Origin: Zancudomyces culisetae HAW-14-8
Lineage: Eukaryota; Fungi; Kickxellomycota
Direction of reading: 5' to 3'
Assembly (NCBI GenBank): GCA_052426225.1
Contig: JBNJNM010000008.1
Coordinates: forward strand, 248,001-312,000
Length of the DNA stretch: 64,000 nt
In this document: in pieces, positions 24,814 through 37,323 of the stretch
How the letters are laid out: the number at the start of each line of letters is the position of its first letter
How positions within the stretch are numbered: the stretch's first letter is position 1
Position numbers and translations under genes: made by a program
The notes under the pieces: generated by a model
Seen by the model: the letters and a program-made list of their open reading frames with translations, nothing else
Databases searched by the model: none
Told to the model about the DNA's origin: nothing

Positions 24814-25376
24814 GAGTCAATGAAAAGGATATAGGAGAATGGATTAGCAAATGTTAGATGAGAGTAGGGTGGATATTTTTATAAAATCCGAAGGTCGCTT
24901 TCGCATATACAAACATAATACTATGTAAACCCGTATAAGCACATGGCGAACTTTAATGGCATGAACCACCATGGATTATTCAAGTTATCCCTTTATCTCC
25001 CTATCTCCCCCATCACTGTATCTCGTTTATACTCACATCCGGTATTCCGTTTATAGCTTCATTACAACAATTTTAGTCAATAAGCATAGTTTCATTTATT
25101 TGATATTGTTAAAAAAAAACTCTAATTTATAGTAATAGTGTACAAAAATTCGTTTAAACACTTTTTTTGTCTAGAGTGTTCATAATTTGTTTATATCCCC
25201 ACATGACAAACATCGCTAGTGGGGATGTTTGCCCCTAAATAAATTGTACCTGATTCCTTAATCTATATACCGTCAATTAAAATACCCTACAATTGAATGT
25301 TATACAATATTATCCTACGAGTATCATATCTACAAAAAATAACGTCTAAATAAGCAAATTCAAATTCAAATTAAAA

Positions 25377-26171
25377 TTATTTCCTCTTTTTCTTTGATTT
25401 CCTTGAAGTCAGGAATTCATCCAAATAAGAAGAAAACCGTTGTTTCTTTTTTTTATTGGCATGTACATCAACCTGGTTCCTTTGTGTTTCATTGTTGCTA
25501 TGAAGTTTGTCAACACCTATCTGAGAATCCCCTATTACTGTAGGGTCTGTATTTTCCAAACCAACACTGGTTCCACCGACAGCTAGGATATGAGTTTTTG
25601 GTGGATCATCTAAACTGGTTCCACTATTGTGTTTTGTGTTGGTAAAGTTGGTCTTTTTAACAAATTCCGTGTACCTGCTCTCACCCACATATTCCTCCTC
25701 TTTATTCTTTATCGATGTAACCTCCATCTTGCTTGTATTTTGTGCTTTCTTTTTGTTGGACCTTAATTGCTCCTGCAAATTGTTTAACTTTTTATCCTGT
25801 GATCCTCTCATTAACCGATTTCTTAGATCCAACTCCTTTCTTGTCAACCCATAGATTCCTGTCTTTGTTGATCCATAATCAAACCTTGCACCCAGCCCGA
25901 GCCTAAATTTATTTTAGAATTCATTAAAAAACGATACTCAAAGAGAAACTATTTCTTTTTGAAAGAAGTAAAAAAAACATTACCTTGGAGGACGAGTAAA
26001 ATTTGATAGCTTTTTGTCATTTTCATCTTCGGAATCAGAAGATTCATTGAACTTATCCTCGCCAAAAAGAGAATCTACAATTCTTTCAACACTATTTGCT
26101 TGTAACTTCAGCTCCTCCTCAAACTTTTGGGCCGTTATGGTACTCTCATCCTCTGGTACTGAATCCTTCAT
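25377..26171 (-). CDS. Basic, probably nuclear/nucleolar protein with RPPRLGLGA motif (DUF3245-like), 2 exons
   Basis: Intron 25983..25903 joins the two track ORFs to give ...FTRPPR|LGLGARFDY.... The Lys-rich C-terminus SRKSKKKRK resembles an NLS. The family assignment is from recall of the motif and is unverified. Confidence 0.65.
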
Positions 26172-27603
26172 TTTTCCTAATCAAACACCTAATTATACTT
26201 TTTTTGCATGTCTTATTTTTCTTTTGATCATTTTTCGATTCATTTTTCTCCAGAAAAAAAAAGCATGCCAATTAAATCGAGGAAAGAAAAAATTTTTCCT
26301 TCTGAAATATCCTCCTCACCTCCCTCCTCCCAGAAAAAAATAGAAATTGTATCACAAGTGGTGTTAGGTATGACCAACATATTATTACCTTTTTGCATTT
26401 CATTTTTCAAAAAGCATTTTTTTCAAGTACTAATGTAAACACTAGTACCAAGGAGGTGAGAAAGAACTAATGAATATATTCTTGGTTTAGTTTTGGTTAA
26501 ATTCTTTCGCTTGATGCTAGTATATTCACCTGTCTTATATCGCTAATAAAAAGAAAACTCCTGTTCATGTTGAACACCTAAAACATCAGAGACATGTTTT
26601 TCTTTAAAGTTGACCAATATGAATACTACAATCTTTATTTTTTTTACACGTCCAAACCATGAGGTGGTGCGACCTATACGATAATAAAATTGTATATTTA
26701 TGATTTTCATTTGAGAGAGTGGGCTATCGTAGAAATCGAGAGTGAATCTATACGCAAAGTTTAGCATAAATTCTTGGCAAATAGCAAGGTGTCCAGGAGT
26801 TTATTATTTTCAGAAATGTGTCTTGAGTTTATGACTCCATAACAACAAAATGTGCTAATATATGTACCCTTCCCCTTCCTCCTCCCCTCTCTCTTCTTCT
26901 TTCCTTTTTTTTCTTTCTTCCCTTCCTCCACCACTAGTAGTGAGTATGATTAAACTGTATTGTATTTCTTATCCAACCCGGTGTGCGTAACACATCTTAT
27001 TGGCAATATCTACCATATTAGGAGATTGAAAATGTACGGCCCTTTTTCTTATCAGATAAAGAAATTTTCTCCTTCTTAACCTATCCCATCTCTTCCTCTG
27101 CTCCTTACAAATTGTCATAGCTATATTATGTATACTTGTAACAATATTTACAAATACTCATGGTTAACTTCCCCCATTCAAGAGAACGTACTATAATACA
27201 CATCAATAGTCTATAAAAACACCAACAAAAATAATGAGTGTGCAAATCACTTTTTTTTATTTCTGGTGATTGTTATTTCTACAAACCCCAACTTTTATTT
27301 GTTTTTTATTTTCCAAACAATGTGGATCCTGACTATAAATTACTCTCCCCTCCCACGAAAGAAAAAGCAAAAACAAAACAAAAAAGAAAAGGATACTAAA
27401 AGTTATAAGTGTATGTAAAAGGTATTTTAATATACAATATCTTTCAAGAAATAGATATAAAGCATAAACCTACTCTTCAAATATTGACACCATCCTCTGC
27501 TTTTATTACCAGTGTTATATCTATACCAAGTACTTTCTCTAAAACAAATAAGTTCAAACTAGTAGCAGCAACCTAACAACACACTACTAAAACAATACCA
27601 AAA

Positions 27604-28986
27604 ATGAACAAAGTAGTAAAAGTGGTAGTTATAAGCTTGGTGCTTGATATACTTGCTTTTACCACAATCTTACCATTACTGCCGAAAACTCTTCAGCTCC
27701 TGAGGCAAAACAACGATGTGGTGCTAGACAGAACGCTCGAAGTCATGGGTACCATACGAGGATACCAATACAAGATAAAAAGTCTTTTTGGCAATGCAAA
27801 CGTTGTGGGAGAGTACGAGATGATGAAGAATAACGATGGGGCAAACATAGTGTTGCTGGGCGGTCTTTTAGGCTCGCTATATTCTATCCTGCAGTGCGTA
27901 GTGGCACCATTATATGGGAGATTGGTGGACAGGTTTGGACGTCGAAGAGTGCTTCTAGTTTCGATGTTGGGAAATATTGCGGGTTCACTGGTATGGATGT
28001 ATTCACACAAGTTTAGCTTGTTCTTACTAGCAAGAGTGATTTCGGGAATATCAGAGGCAAATATGCAAATATCCACATGCATCATCGCTGACGTTAGTGA
28101 GCCAGGAAAACGAACAAAAGAGATGGCACTAGTTGGGATGGCATTTTCTCTAGGCTTCACCATTGGACCAGCAATGGGTGCATTCCTTGGAAGAGTAAAA
28201 ACTACCAAACCGTATGCACCTTTCGGGGTGGCTGCAATGTTCTCGACCATATTTTTGGTAATTGAAACTGTATACATGTACTTTTGCTTGCCAGAAACAA
28301 AAAAAGAAATGGTAGATTGTACACAAGTCAATAAGATTAAGAAGACCGACTCAGTCCAAAAATCGGAAGAAAAAGTAAAAGAAAAGAAAAATATAAGCGC
28401 AGATAAAACAAGTGGAACAAATAAACGATTGCAAAGGATATACTTTGTCTACATGTTTGTTTTTAGTGGAATGGAGTATACGCTGACTTTTTTGATGCAT
28501 AACATTTTCAGCTACACAAATGAGCAACAGGGGAAGCTGTTAGGAACAATAGGGTTGATCACGGCAACCATACAGGGATCATATGTTAGAAGGACAAAGT
28601 TCACGAACAAAGCATTATGCATCCAGGGGATGCTGGGCTGCATTATTGGGATGGTTGGCGTCGCGAGCACGGTTGCGTTGAAAACAAAAGATGTCAATGG
28701 AGAGTATCACCCACACAAGCTGTCACTGTACACGGCGATTATTGGGTTCAGTGTAGCTTCAGGGATTGTCACAAGCTGTATGAACTCTATTGTATCTGGC
28801 CTGGCTGGGAGCCAAGATCTAGGAGAGAAGCTAGGAAGTTTCCGGGCTGCAGGCCAGCTTGGGAGAGCTTTTGGACCGGGATTTGCTAGCTTCTTATATT
28901 GGCTATTTGGGCCGATAGTGTGTTACATGTTTGGGGCAGCGACAGTGGGGGTTGTTTTACTGAGATTCACCCAGGTTCATTATTAA
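27604..28986 (+). CDS. MFS transporter (TetA/MFSD10-like)
   Basis: Motif A GRLVDRFGRRRV, antiporter-type GFTIGPAMG, C-terminal GQLGRAFGP, and about 11-12 hydrophobic helices. Confidence 0.9.
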   Translation: MNKVVKVVVISLVLDILAFTTILPLLPKTLQLLRQNNDVVLDRTLEVMGTIRGYQYKIKSLFGNANVVGEYEMMKNNDGANIVLLGGLLGSLYSILQCVVAPLYGRLVDRFGRRRVLLVSMLGNIAGSLVWMYSHKFSLFLLARVISGISEANMQISTCIIADVSEPGKRTKEMALVGMAFSLGFTIGPAMGAFLGRVKTTKPYAPFGVAAMFSTIFLVIETVYMYFCLPETKKEMVDCTQVNKIKKTDSVQKSEEKVKEKKNISADKTSGTNKRLQRIYFVYMFVFSGMEYTLTFLMHNIFSYTNEQQGKLLGTIGLITATIQGSYVRRTKFTNKALCIQGMLGCIIGMVGVASTVALKTKDVNGEYHPHKLSLYTAIIGFSVASGIVTSCMNSIVSGLAGSQDLGEKLGSFRAAGQLGRAFGPGFASFLYWLFGPIVCYMFGAATVGVVLLRFTQVHY

Positions 28987-30721
28987 GAATGAAACAGCCT
29001 GGATGCATCCAAAACTATTGGCGATTTTGGCGTTTTTGGTTGCGGTTGTGGCGTTTGTGAAGCAGACAAGGCGTGTTGAGACGACTTTAGTGACTTTTTC
29101 AGCTCAGCAAGAACCTGACGCTCATAGCTAAGTGTTTCATCGCCCATTCGCCACAACAGTGATGAAAACGTTTTATCGTGCATTAGTTTATATCTTATTA
29201 GGTCAGATTGAAGTGAAGAGTTGACCTTGAGTGCCTGACTCTTTCTGAGGTCCTTTGCCTTTTGTGCTCTTTCCATCGACTTGAGAGTCTCGTCAACCCT
29301 TTCCGGGACTATTGTGCTGCTTGAACCCAGTATCGCTACCGCTTGTCTTTTGCGCTCCAGATTTTCAATGCTATGTAGATAATCTTCAAATATCTTTTTT
29401 CTGTTTCCTAAACTCATTTTAATACCCGCGCTTTCTCTCTCCGCCTCCCCTATATAGTATACGAATGGGCTGGCTATGTGTTGTGTCTTTTTGCCGTTAA
29501 TAATCCCTTCTGAAAAGATGGCTTTCCCGAGGCTTTCCAAACTTTGCTCAACGTCGTTATTTGTTCCTATGTTTGCTAGTGACCTCAGCTGGGCCCCTAA
29601 CTCTGCCTGCATTTTGCAGTATTGATTTTTTATCTGCACATGTTGCACTTGTAGCTGCCGGATCTTGTTGAATATCTTTGCCTTTTCCTCGTACCCCTTG
29701 CGCTGTTTTTCAAAATACTCATCCATTTTTTCGCTGTTTTTCACATCATCCTCATAAGTAACATTCAATCCATGCAACTTTTTCGTCTTTCCTCCACCCC
29801 ACCCACCAAATATACCCATTCCACCACCTCTGTTACTTGCTCCACCACTTTCCGTGTCTGCTTCAACACTTATTTTTTCCCCCTCTATGTTTTCTATTAT
29901 TGCATTAAACTATAAATGTACGCATTTATTCATTTGTCTGTTCAGTAAAACTTGTTTATGTTATTCGCCATTTGCCACCATAGAGCTTTTTTTCTGACAA
30001 CATGCGAATTATATGATGGAAAAGTAAGACATATACTTAACTGCAAAGGGTGCCTCAACAAATTTAACAACCTCCTTATCATTTCCCACCTCTTCCACTG
30101 AAGTCATCCAGTCAAGCCAACCTTGCACTCGCGTTTTAATTGCAGCCTCGTTTTCTACTGTTATCTGCTGACCGATCTTTGTACTTCCTCTTGGAAAAGC
30201 GAATAGTAGCTTTTCTGGATATGTGTAAATTAAATATTTACTTAATCTTTCAAATTCTACCTGAGTTCTTTCTACTCCGAAGTATCTCTTTTTTCTAAAT
30301 CCAGGATAATTCGTCTACTCAAATATTTATAATCACATCCTTTTGTAAGTATTTGGACATCTCAATAAAGACAACAAATATATTTATAGATGTTTTACAT
30401 TCACTTCAAGCCTGTATATGGGAATATTTTTGTTTCTTATAATGTAGTCGCGGAGGATAATTCTCAACTTTAGTTTATTCTCTGTCTCTGAGCCACCGCC
30501 TAGATCACTATTCAATTTATTTTTTTTGAAATCCTTTGTTAGAATGCTCATTTGAACTGATAGCTCAACTAAAACCAACTTTTGTTGGAAAGTAAGGTAA
30601 AATTATTAATTTTATTAATCCATTAGCTCATTTCTACCTACCTTGTATTTTGCACGTCAGTATTATCCCCTCTGCTCATCGAGGCATCTCTTTCATGCTG
30701 TTTTCCATCCTCGTGCTCCAT
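28983..30721 (-). CDS. VPS17: PX-BAR sorting nexin, Vps17-like retromer subunit, about 4 exons
   Basis: Spliced N-terminus MEHEDGKQ...|...PIYRLEVN|TNYPGFRKKRYFGVERTQVEFERLSKYLIYTYPE resembles the Vps17 PX domain. A helical BAR-like region follows (AVAILGSSSTIVPERVDETL). Confidence 0.7.
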
Positions 30722-31648
30722 ATTGTACAGAATATTTGAAAGTCAGTTTTTTATTTAACAAGTTAACCAACGAACCTATTTAATAAAAACCCAGATGTTT
30801 TGTAGTTAGTTAAAAATCGGCCACAATTATTATAAAATGCAAAACACTTTGTTCCTCATATCTATTTCACCTCCTCCCCCCAAACTCAACCACTTTCGAA
30901 CAGAAAAGTCTGCTTGTTTTAGGCGAAGAATTTTGCCAATATTTTTTCTTTTTTTCCCAATATATTGTTTATACTTGGCATTTTCCCTTGTTTTGTGCAC
31001 TATAACCACCTACTGAATAGAAAAATGTAAAATGTAAAATGTAAAGTGCGAAGTGCGAAGTGCAAAAATAAAAAGTTGCAAAAGGGAGGAAGTGTCACCA
31101 ATTGTCAGCAAGCACTAAAGGTAAAACCAAAGATATTTAACATCACAAAAACCCCCTTCAAAGCTGTGTACCACCCCCCCACCTATACACACACACATAC
31201 GCATAACATTTCCACTTTTTTAATACTTTAACCTCCTCAGAGCCAACTTTTGTTGTTCTGGAGTATCAATTTTCTTTACAAGTCACATTATGTTATTTTT
31301 CTGGTCATTGAATTTTACAAAAAAAAAAGCAACAACAGTAGCTGCATATTATACCAGGAGCGTGAGGTCGCACTTTCAGGTAAATACATCCCCTGAACAA
31401 AACTAGCGGGATCTGGCATATTAGTACGTGTCTTACATCAGCTACACCATTTTCTTTTGTGTTCTGTTCGCTCGGATACAGAAAGACTGAGTTTATTTAA
31501 ACGCTCATTATAGTATTGGCAAAAGAAAACCATTAAATAGCTATCATGCATAAAAAAAAGACACTCATTTTAAAAATGTCAAAAATAAATTTGTTGTCTT
31601 GCACATGTTTATAGTAGTATACATATCCCTCACCCAGTACAATAAATC

Positions 31649-32125
31649 TTATTTTGTAACGGTTGCGGGCTGTGGTGGGGGGATTGACTCAAAGTTTGGA
31701 GGGTAGCCGTGTGCCCTAGCACCATCGTTTGCGTTGTACGCACCGTTGTAGGGTGGCTGTTGGGTTTGGAACTCAATGTAGCACTTGTTGCTTGGGTATA
31801 TCCCATTGATTATGTAAAACGGATCTGTTCCGGGGTGTTTGAAGAATGCTATCTTTTTCTTGCTATCCCTCAAAAGACTTGTAATTGTATGTATGTCGTA
31901 GATAAGAAATACTGTATTGAGTATCAGGAACAACCAGTTGTAGATATTATCCCTGCCACTTATAATATTTGTTAAGGATATAACTGCAAACGCAAGGAAC
32001 ACCGTTCCTGTAATTGAGAACAACAGTAAAAGCAGTATTGTTTTTTTCCTTACTTTGCCTATTGCCCTTGTTCTGTACGACTGTATTATCTCGGGTGGAT
32101 ATGTCTGGTGTGAAATAGGCAGCAT
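31649..32125 (-). CDS. Orphan two-TM membrane protein, member A (158 aa), with Pro/Tyr-rich tail
   Basis: Two hydrophobic helices (about aa 29-55 and 61-81), the motif PGTDPFYIINGIYP, and a QPPY/YPP-containing tail. Aligns without gaps to the 38474-38952 product. Confidence 0.78.
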   Translation of the reverse strand: MLPISHQTYPPEIIQSYRTRAIGKVRKKTILLLLLFSITGTVFLAFAVISLTNIISGRDNIYNWLFLILNTVFLIYDIHTITSLLRDSKKKIAFFKHPGTDPFYIINGIYPSNKCYIEFQTQQPPYNGAYNANDGARAHGYPPNFESIPPPQPATVTK

Positions 32126-34058
32126 TTTGTCGTTTTTCTACGCTACAGCTATAATCTCTATTGCTGTCTTTGTAATTGGTCTTTTTTGCTTTTTGTGAAT
32201 ATTGTTTTTACCTGTTTGCGTATTTCGTTAGAATATCTAATACTTTACCACCCTTGTTTGTTATTTACTTGTTTCTTTTCTTTCCTATCTTGTGTCACTT
32301 ATTTCATAATAGAAGGTAATATACACCAAAGGTTCTTAGAATAGAAGATAATTAGTAGCTTTTTAATACTATAGATACCATATATGACCTTTCTAAGTTA
32401 TAAACCCCAATATTTTCAAACTTGAAGTTTATTGAGTCTTAAACTTGCTAGTATAAAACCAAAATAAGTTGATAGCTGGTTTTCATAGATTATTGGTACT
32501 TGTTCTCCCTATAAGTATGATCAATAAAGGCTGCTATAGCTATAAATCTTTTCCACAAACATCTTAAATATCGCTGTTTGCCACATCCATTCCCCTCAAA
32601 TATAACAATCATTATTTCGTATTATTAATTTTGTAAAGTAAAAGTTATAAAAAAAAACAATGTATTATTACATGTGTTATATTATTTCTAGACAATTGGC
32701 ATTGTAATATTTACATTGACAAATACTGTTTTGTTTTAGAAAAAAAGCGAATGCTGAAACCACTCACTGTCAAACCTAAACAAATAGCAGCACAATACAT
32801 TGTAAAACAAATAATCTATGGAACAGAAAATTGAAACAAAAGCTAGTCAAGATTTTTGGAGATTCACCAAGAGTTAACAATTACCATTTTTTGTGAATCT
32901 CAACAATAATACCACAAAGAACCACCTTTAAACCCAAATCAAAATGCGTTTGAAAGTATCACGCTATAGAATTAACAAGATTGGTATACTGAAGTCGTTA
33001 GCCAAAGCACGCATAGAGTGTTGCACACATTCCCTTTCCCATTGAGTATTAACCCATAGTTTAGTATACTCACCGGCTAAATTATCTGTAACATCTGGTA
33101 CCATACATCCTCTTTTCTATACCACTCCTGTGTTGCATAATCACTTTATTTTCTCTTTACGAGCTCCGCACGATTTATTTAACGCAGCGAGTAGTACTTT
33201 ATGTGTAGAAATTAAATTCACCAAAATATGAAGAAATGGAGGCGAGGAAAATAAACCATAAATAATACTGAATATATGGTTAATATTGCGTAAAACACCA
33301 ATTAAGAATAGTAACTACTTCTTCCTTTTCTCTGCCTCTTCCCTCAAGTTAAAACTTCCGATGATATTATAGGCATATTTTGGTAATACACACGCTTTTG
33401 ATATGGTCCTAAACAAAAAGTCTGAAACTTTGAGAATGTTCGCAGCAGCTACATAAACCAGCGACAAAGCTACTCTAGGAATGTAAAGGAATTTTATTTA
33501 GGTTTAAATAAACAAGCTTATGATTTTTAAACGAAAATTTCCGTCCACTACAAAGAGCTTCGTTTTCTTTATTGAGATAGAAGCAAGTGAATTTGATATT
33601 ACTGGTTTTATCAGGAAATCAGGTTTTATATGGATAGTTACTGCTAATGGTGAAACTGCTAAATACCTGACAAAAACGATTCTTCCTTAGTTATATAATG
33701 GTTTTGTCAGGCTTTGGTTGGTTAGGATTGTGTTTATTAGATTAGGTGATGGTATTGTATATCAATAAAATATTAGTTTTTTCTTTTCGTATAAAAATCT
33801 GAGGTGAAGATAAATGGGTTTCCAAGGAAAATTAATATTATTCCTGTGGCAAAGCAACTGTGGACAATCGATTACCACCAGAAAAAAGTATTTTAATAAC
33901 AAGTGTATATGATATATAAACGGCAGGGTTGGTTTTTTGGTAGCACAATACTACTGTGTGTAGATGTCGATATGAGTGTGGTATTAAATTATATTAACTG
34001 ATATTATCAGTATCCGGCACTCCTTAGTTTATCTCTGGTTACATCGCCCTCTTTTGTG

Positions 34059-34304
34059 TTAAAATATGACGGGATGGTTTATAATAGTTGTTGCGCCTCC
34101 TGGCACTTTTATCTTGATACCATCTTGATTATCTAGATTAAGGCTATTAATGCTTAGTGCAATATTGTTGTGCTCAACTTGTTTAGCATTGCCGTTATCA
34201 TTATTTTGGGGATTTGCGTGTTCATTTTGTTGATGACTTATTGGATATGCATTGCTAACAGCCAATGCAGCGAAAAAGATAAATATTCTGTTTACGGTCT
34301 TCAT
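34059..34304 (-). CDS. Secreted precursor peptide, DNQ family member 3 (81 aa)
   Basis: Signal peptide MKTVNRIFIFFAALAVSNA (similar to member 2), Asn/Gln-rich spacer, then SINSLNLDNQDGIKIKVPGGATTIINHPVIF*. TATATAAAA about 130 bp upstream. Confidence 0.8.
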   Translation of the reverse strand: MKTVNRIFIFFAALAVSNAYPISHQQNEHANPQNNDNGNAKQVEHNNIALSINSLNLDNQDGIKIKVPGGATTIINHPVIF

Positions 34305-35203
34305 TTTCTCTATGTGCGTGCGTGCGTGTATGTATTAGATATTGATTTTTGTGCTAGATTAGGAGTATAGTTTGTATCAAATATGAATTAATGATGATGG
34401 AAATCGCTGTTGGTTAGGATTGCTCCTGTTTTTATATAATTTCGAAACAGGTTCTAGATATATTTAACACTTTAGTATCCCATCTTCAATAAAACCAGGA
34501 TTAATCGACATATGACGAGTTGTAATAAAGCATTGAAAAGCACCAAAAAATTATGCGCACTGGTTTGTATGTGCATAAGCACTTTTGTGCTGTTTTAGTG
34601 TATATAAATGCCTATTTTTATTTTAAACTAAAGTCCAATAAATGGTGTTGTTTTTCTATGGCAATTGGGTCAAGTAATATATTGGTTACCAAGGGGTAAA
34701 CAAATTTGATTCTACTAGCAAAGAACCCCTTCCCCGTCCTCAAGAAAGCACACGTCCTCCGCTATTATGACATTTGAACTAAGTGGAATATGCACCAAAT
34801 CCCAGGAAATATGCACATTGATCCATACTTTTTTTGTGATGGTCATAGAAATAGAATGATTGAAGTGTTGGTCTACAAGATCACGCAAACTGCAACTTGA
34901 ACCAAAAGCTGAGTTGGTCCAGTAATAGCAAGTAAAATGTTTTTTGCATATCGCAAATGGTTCTTGTAGTCCGAAATAAGCTAGAGAAAAAAGACGTGCG
35001 TTTATTGGTATCCAAAACATTTAAGCAAAAAAAAAAAAGTAGTGCTATCATATCAAGATGGTCAATTTAAAATCAAAGTAAAAGAGTAAGGCTCTGCCAT
35101 GAATAAAATTACGATGTATAAGCGAATTATACAAAACATACACTTAGATACAAGAAGAAAGGGAGAGGGAGAGGGAAAGTGAGTAATTAGAAAATAAAAA
35201 TGA

Positions 35204-35872
35204 TCAGGAAACAAAGTATGGTGCATTTGGGCCAAACTCGGTATTATCACTTGTATTCCTGGTACTTTTATTGCCAGCAGGGGTGCCGGAACTACTTTGA
35301 GACAAACCATTGGTGTGTTGGACGTCAGGCCTTAGTGGTAGTGGTTTTGGTATTCTTAGCGAATTTAAGGTCTCAAAATCATATGCATTCCTGTTTATGT
35401 TGTTATCCATAGCACCTTGATCAGCACCATTGCTCTGTTGTACTTTTCTGCTCCTGCGTTGTGGAATAGGTTCATCGGGAATAGTGATTACCACAGGTTG
35501 AGCTGCAGTTTTTTGTGCTGAGCAGGACAGAGGTTCTGTTCTTGAAAATGCAGATGGCTCTAGTGTGGTAGTCGGGGTTATCTGATCATTACTGTATATC
35601 TTTTTATCCGTTGTTTTGTCCTGTGGTTTGGGCTGTTCGTTTCTAAGTTCAGTATCCTTTTTCATTTCCGTCACAACTTTTTTGGACCTTGTCTATAATT
35701 TTTTATAAATTAGTTCTCGAAGTTTGCTATTAAATATTCTGGGAAATGTAAATGGCATCAATGTGCTAATGCTTAAACACTATAAAAGATAATCAAGTAC
35801 TTACAGGGCCTGTTGCTGGTTTTATTTCGTCTTCACTGCTATTGTCAACTAGATTTACATACAGGCTGGCTC
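35204..35872 (-). CDS. Hydrophilic, probably disordered protein of unknown function (start uncertain)
   Basis: Open exon 35692..35204 is preceded in frame by exon 35872..35805 across a canonical GTAAGT..TAG intron. The first in-frame ATG is at 35665. Confidence 0.45.
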
Positions 35873-36120
35873 CTAATAAATTTTAAAATTCTAAATTAAA
35901 CATTTATTAAACTATTAAACCTACTCACTTTCAAAAAAAAAAGTCCAAATTATTCTAAGGTAGGACCTATTGATTGTACGTATATTCACCAACCTGGGAG
36001 TAGGTGTGTTTGTTTTAGCAAAAATAAAATTGAAAAACAAAAAGTAATAGAGAGAAGGAAACCAACGATGTAGAATTGGCAGATGTGAGTAGCTCGGTAG
36101 GATAGATGACTATTCATACT

Positions 36121-37323
36121 TCACTTTTTATAAAATAAGTTTCTGATTTTACTTTTTCTTTTACCATGCTCTTCGGGGATAGCGTTAGAAGTCGGTGGAT
36201 AAGGATTACCACCACTAGCAGAATTAAAGCTGGGGCCGCTCTGAATCCGACCAGCATTCCCACCAGAAACAACCCGTTCCACACCATCGGGACCTTTTTC
36301 AACAACCGTCCGATTTCCTGCTGCGTCAACGGTCTCTGTCGTTTCATATCGAGCACCGTTAACTATCCGTACAGTTTTACTGACAGAGGTACCACCCATC
36401 CCTCCACCCATCCCTCCACTCATTCCTCCACCCATAAAACTGCTCATGTTCGAACTAAATCCTTGAGAAAAGCCAGGAAATCCACCACTAAAGAACGGGT
36501 CCGAAAAGAATGGATCTCCAGAAAATGGGTGACCTCCCATGTTCTGTGGATGCGGATCCCTTCCCATATCGTGCATCATGCCCGCATGCATACTAAACAA
36601 ATCGTCGAACATTCCTCGCCGTCCACCATGTCCACTATGCCCACCTATTAGCAATTCAGTGTTTAATATATGTCTTTTATTCTTTATGATAATTTGTGTG
36701 CTTACCAAAGAATGATTCCATTCCAAAAAACTCTCTGAAAATATCCTCGGGCGCTCGGAACTGTATAAATATTTTAAGGATAATGTCAAAGTATATATTC
36801 CATATCAAATTTACACTTTTAACTTGACATTTTACTTACATGGTAGTTATGATCAAAGTGGCCTATTTTAAACAGATAGCTTCTTTAGAATTGATTCACT
36901 TTTCTAATCTACTTTAATATAAAAAAGAAACTACGACCTACCTCTCTCAAAACCTGTATCGTAATCCCCACCCTTAAACGCCGCCTCGCCATATCTATCG
37001 TACTTGCTTCTCGTTTCAGCTATTGTGCGTGCATTTCCATGTTAATAAGATTTTAATAGGAGATAAAGCACCTGTCCCAGATATTTGGACGCTGATCTCC
37101 GAATAAATCAAACTTTTAAACGCATCTAACAAGACTTACGATCTCTCAAAACTTCATAGGCTTCTGCTATTTCCTTAAATCTCGCTTCTGCCTCCTCCTT
37201 ATTACCATTGTTTTTATCTGGATGCCATCTCAGCGATTGTCTCTTATAAGCCTTTCGTATCGCCTCCTGATCAGCGCCAATTTCTACATCCAATATTTTG
37301 TAGTACTTATCCTCTTTTACCAT
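36121..37323 (-). CDS. DnaJ/Hsp40 class B protein (DNAJB6-like), 3 exons
   Basis: J domain with HPD (LRWHPDKN...[13 protein letters not shown]|[11 protein letters not shown]), a G/F/M-rich region, and a C-terminal beta segment [11 protein letters not shown]...TTET. Confidence 0.88.

Noticed and set aside
27693-28331. Long antisense ORFs (for example 27693-28331, 40514-40993, 19046-19477, 63408-63983)
   Set aside because: They are shadows of real genes or of low-complexity coding repeats on the opposite strand, with no independent motifs.
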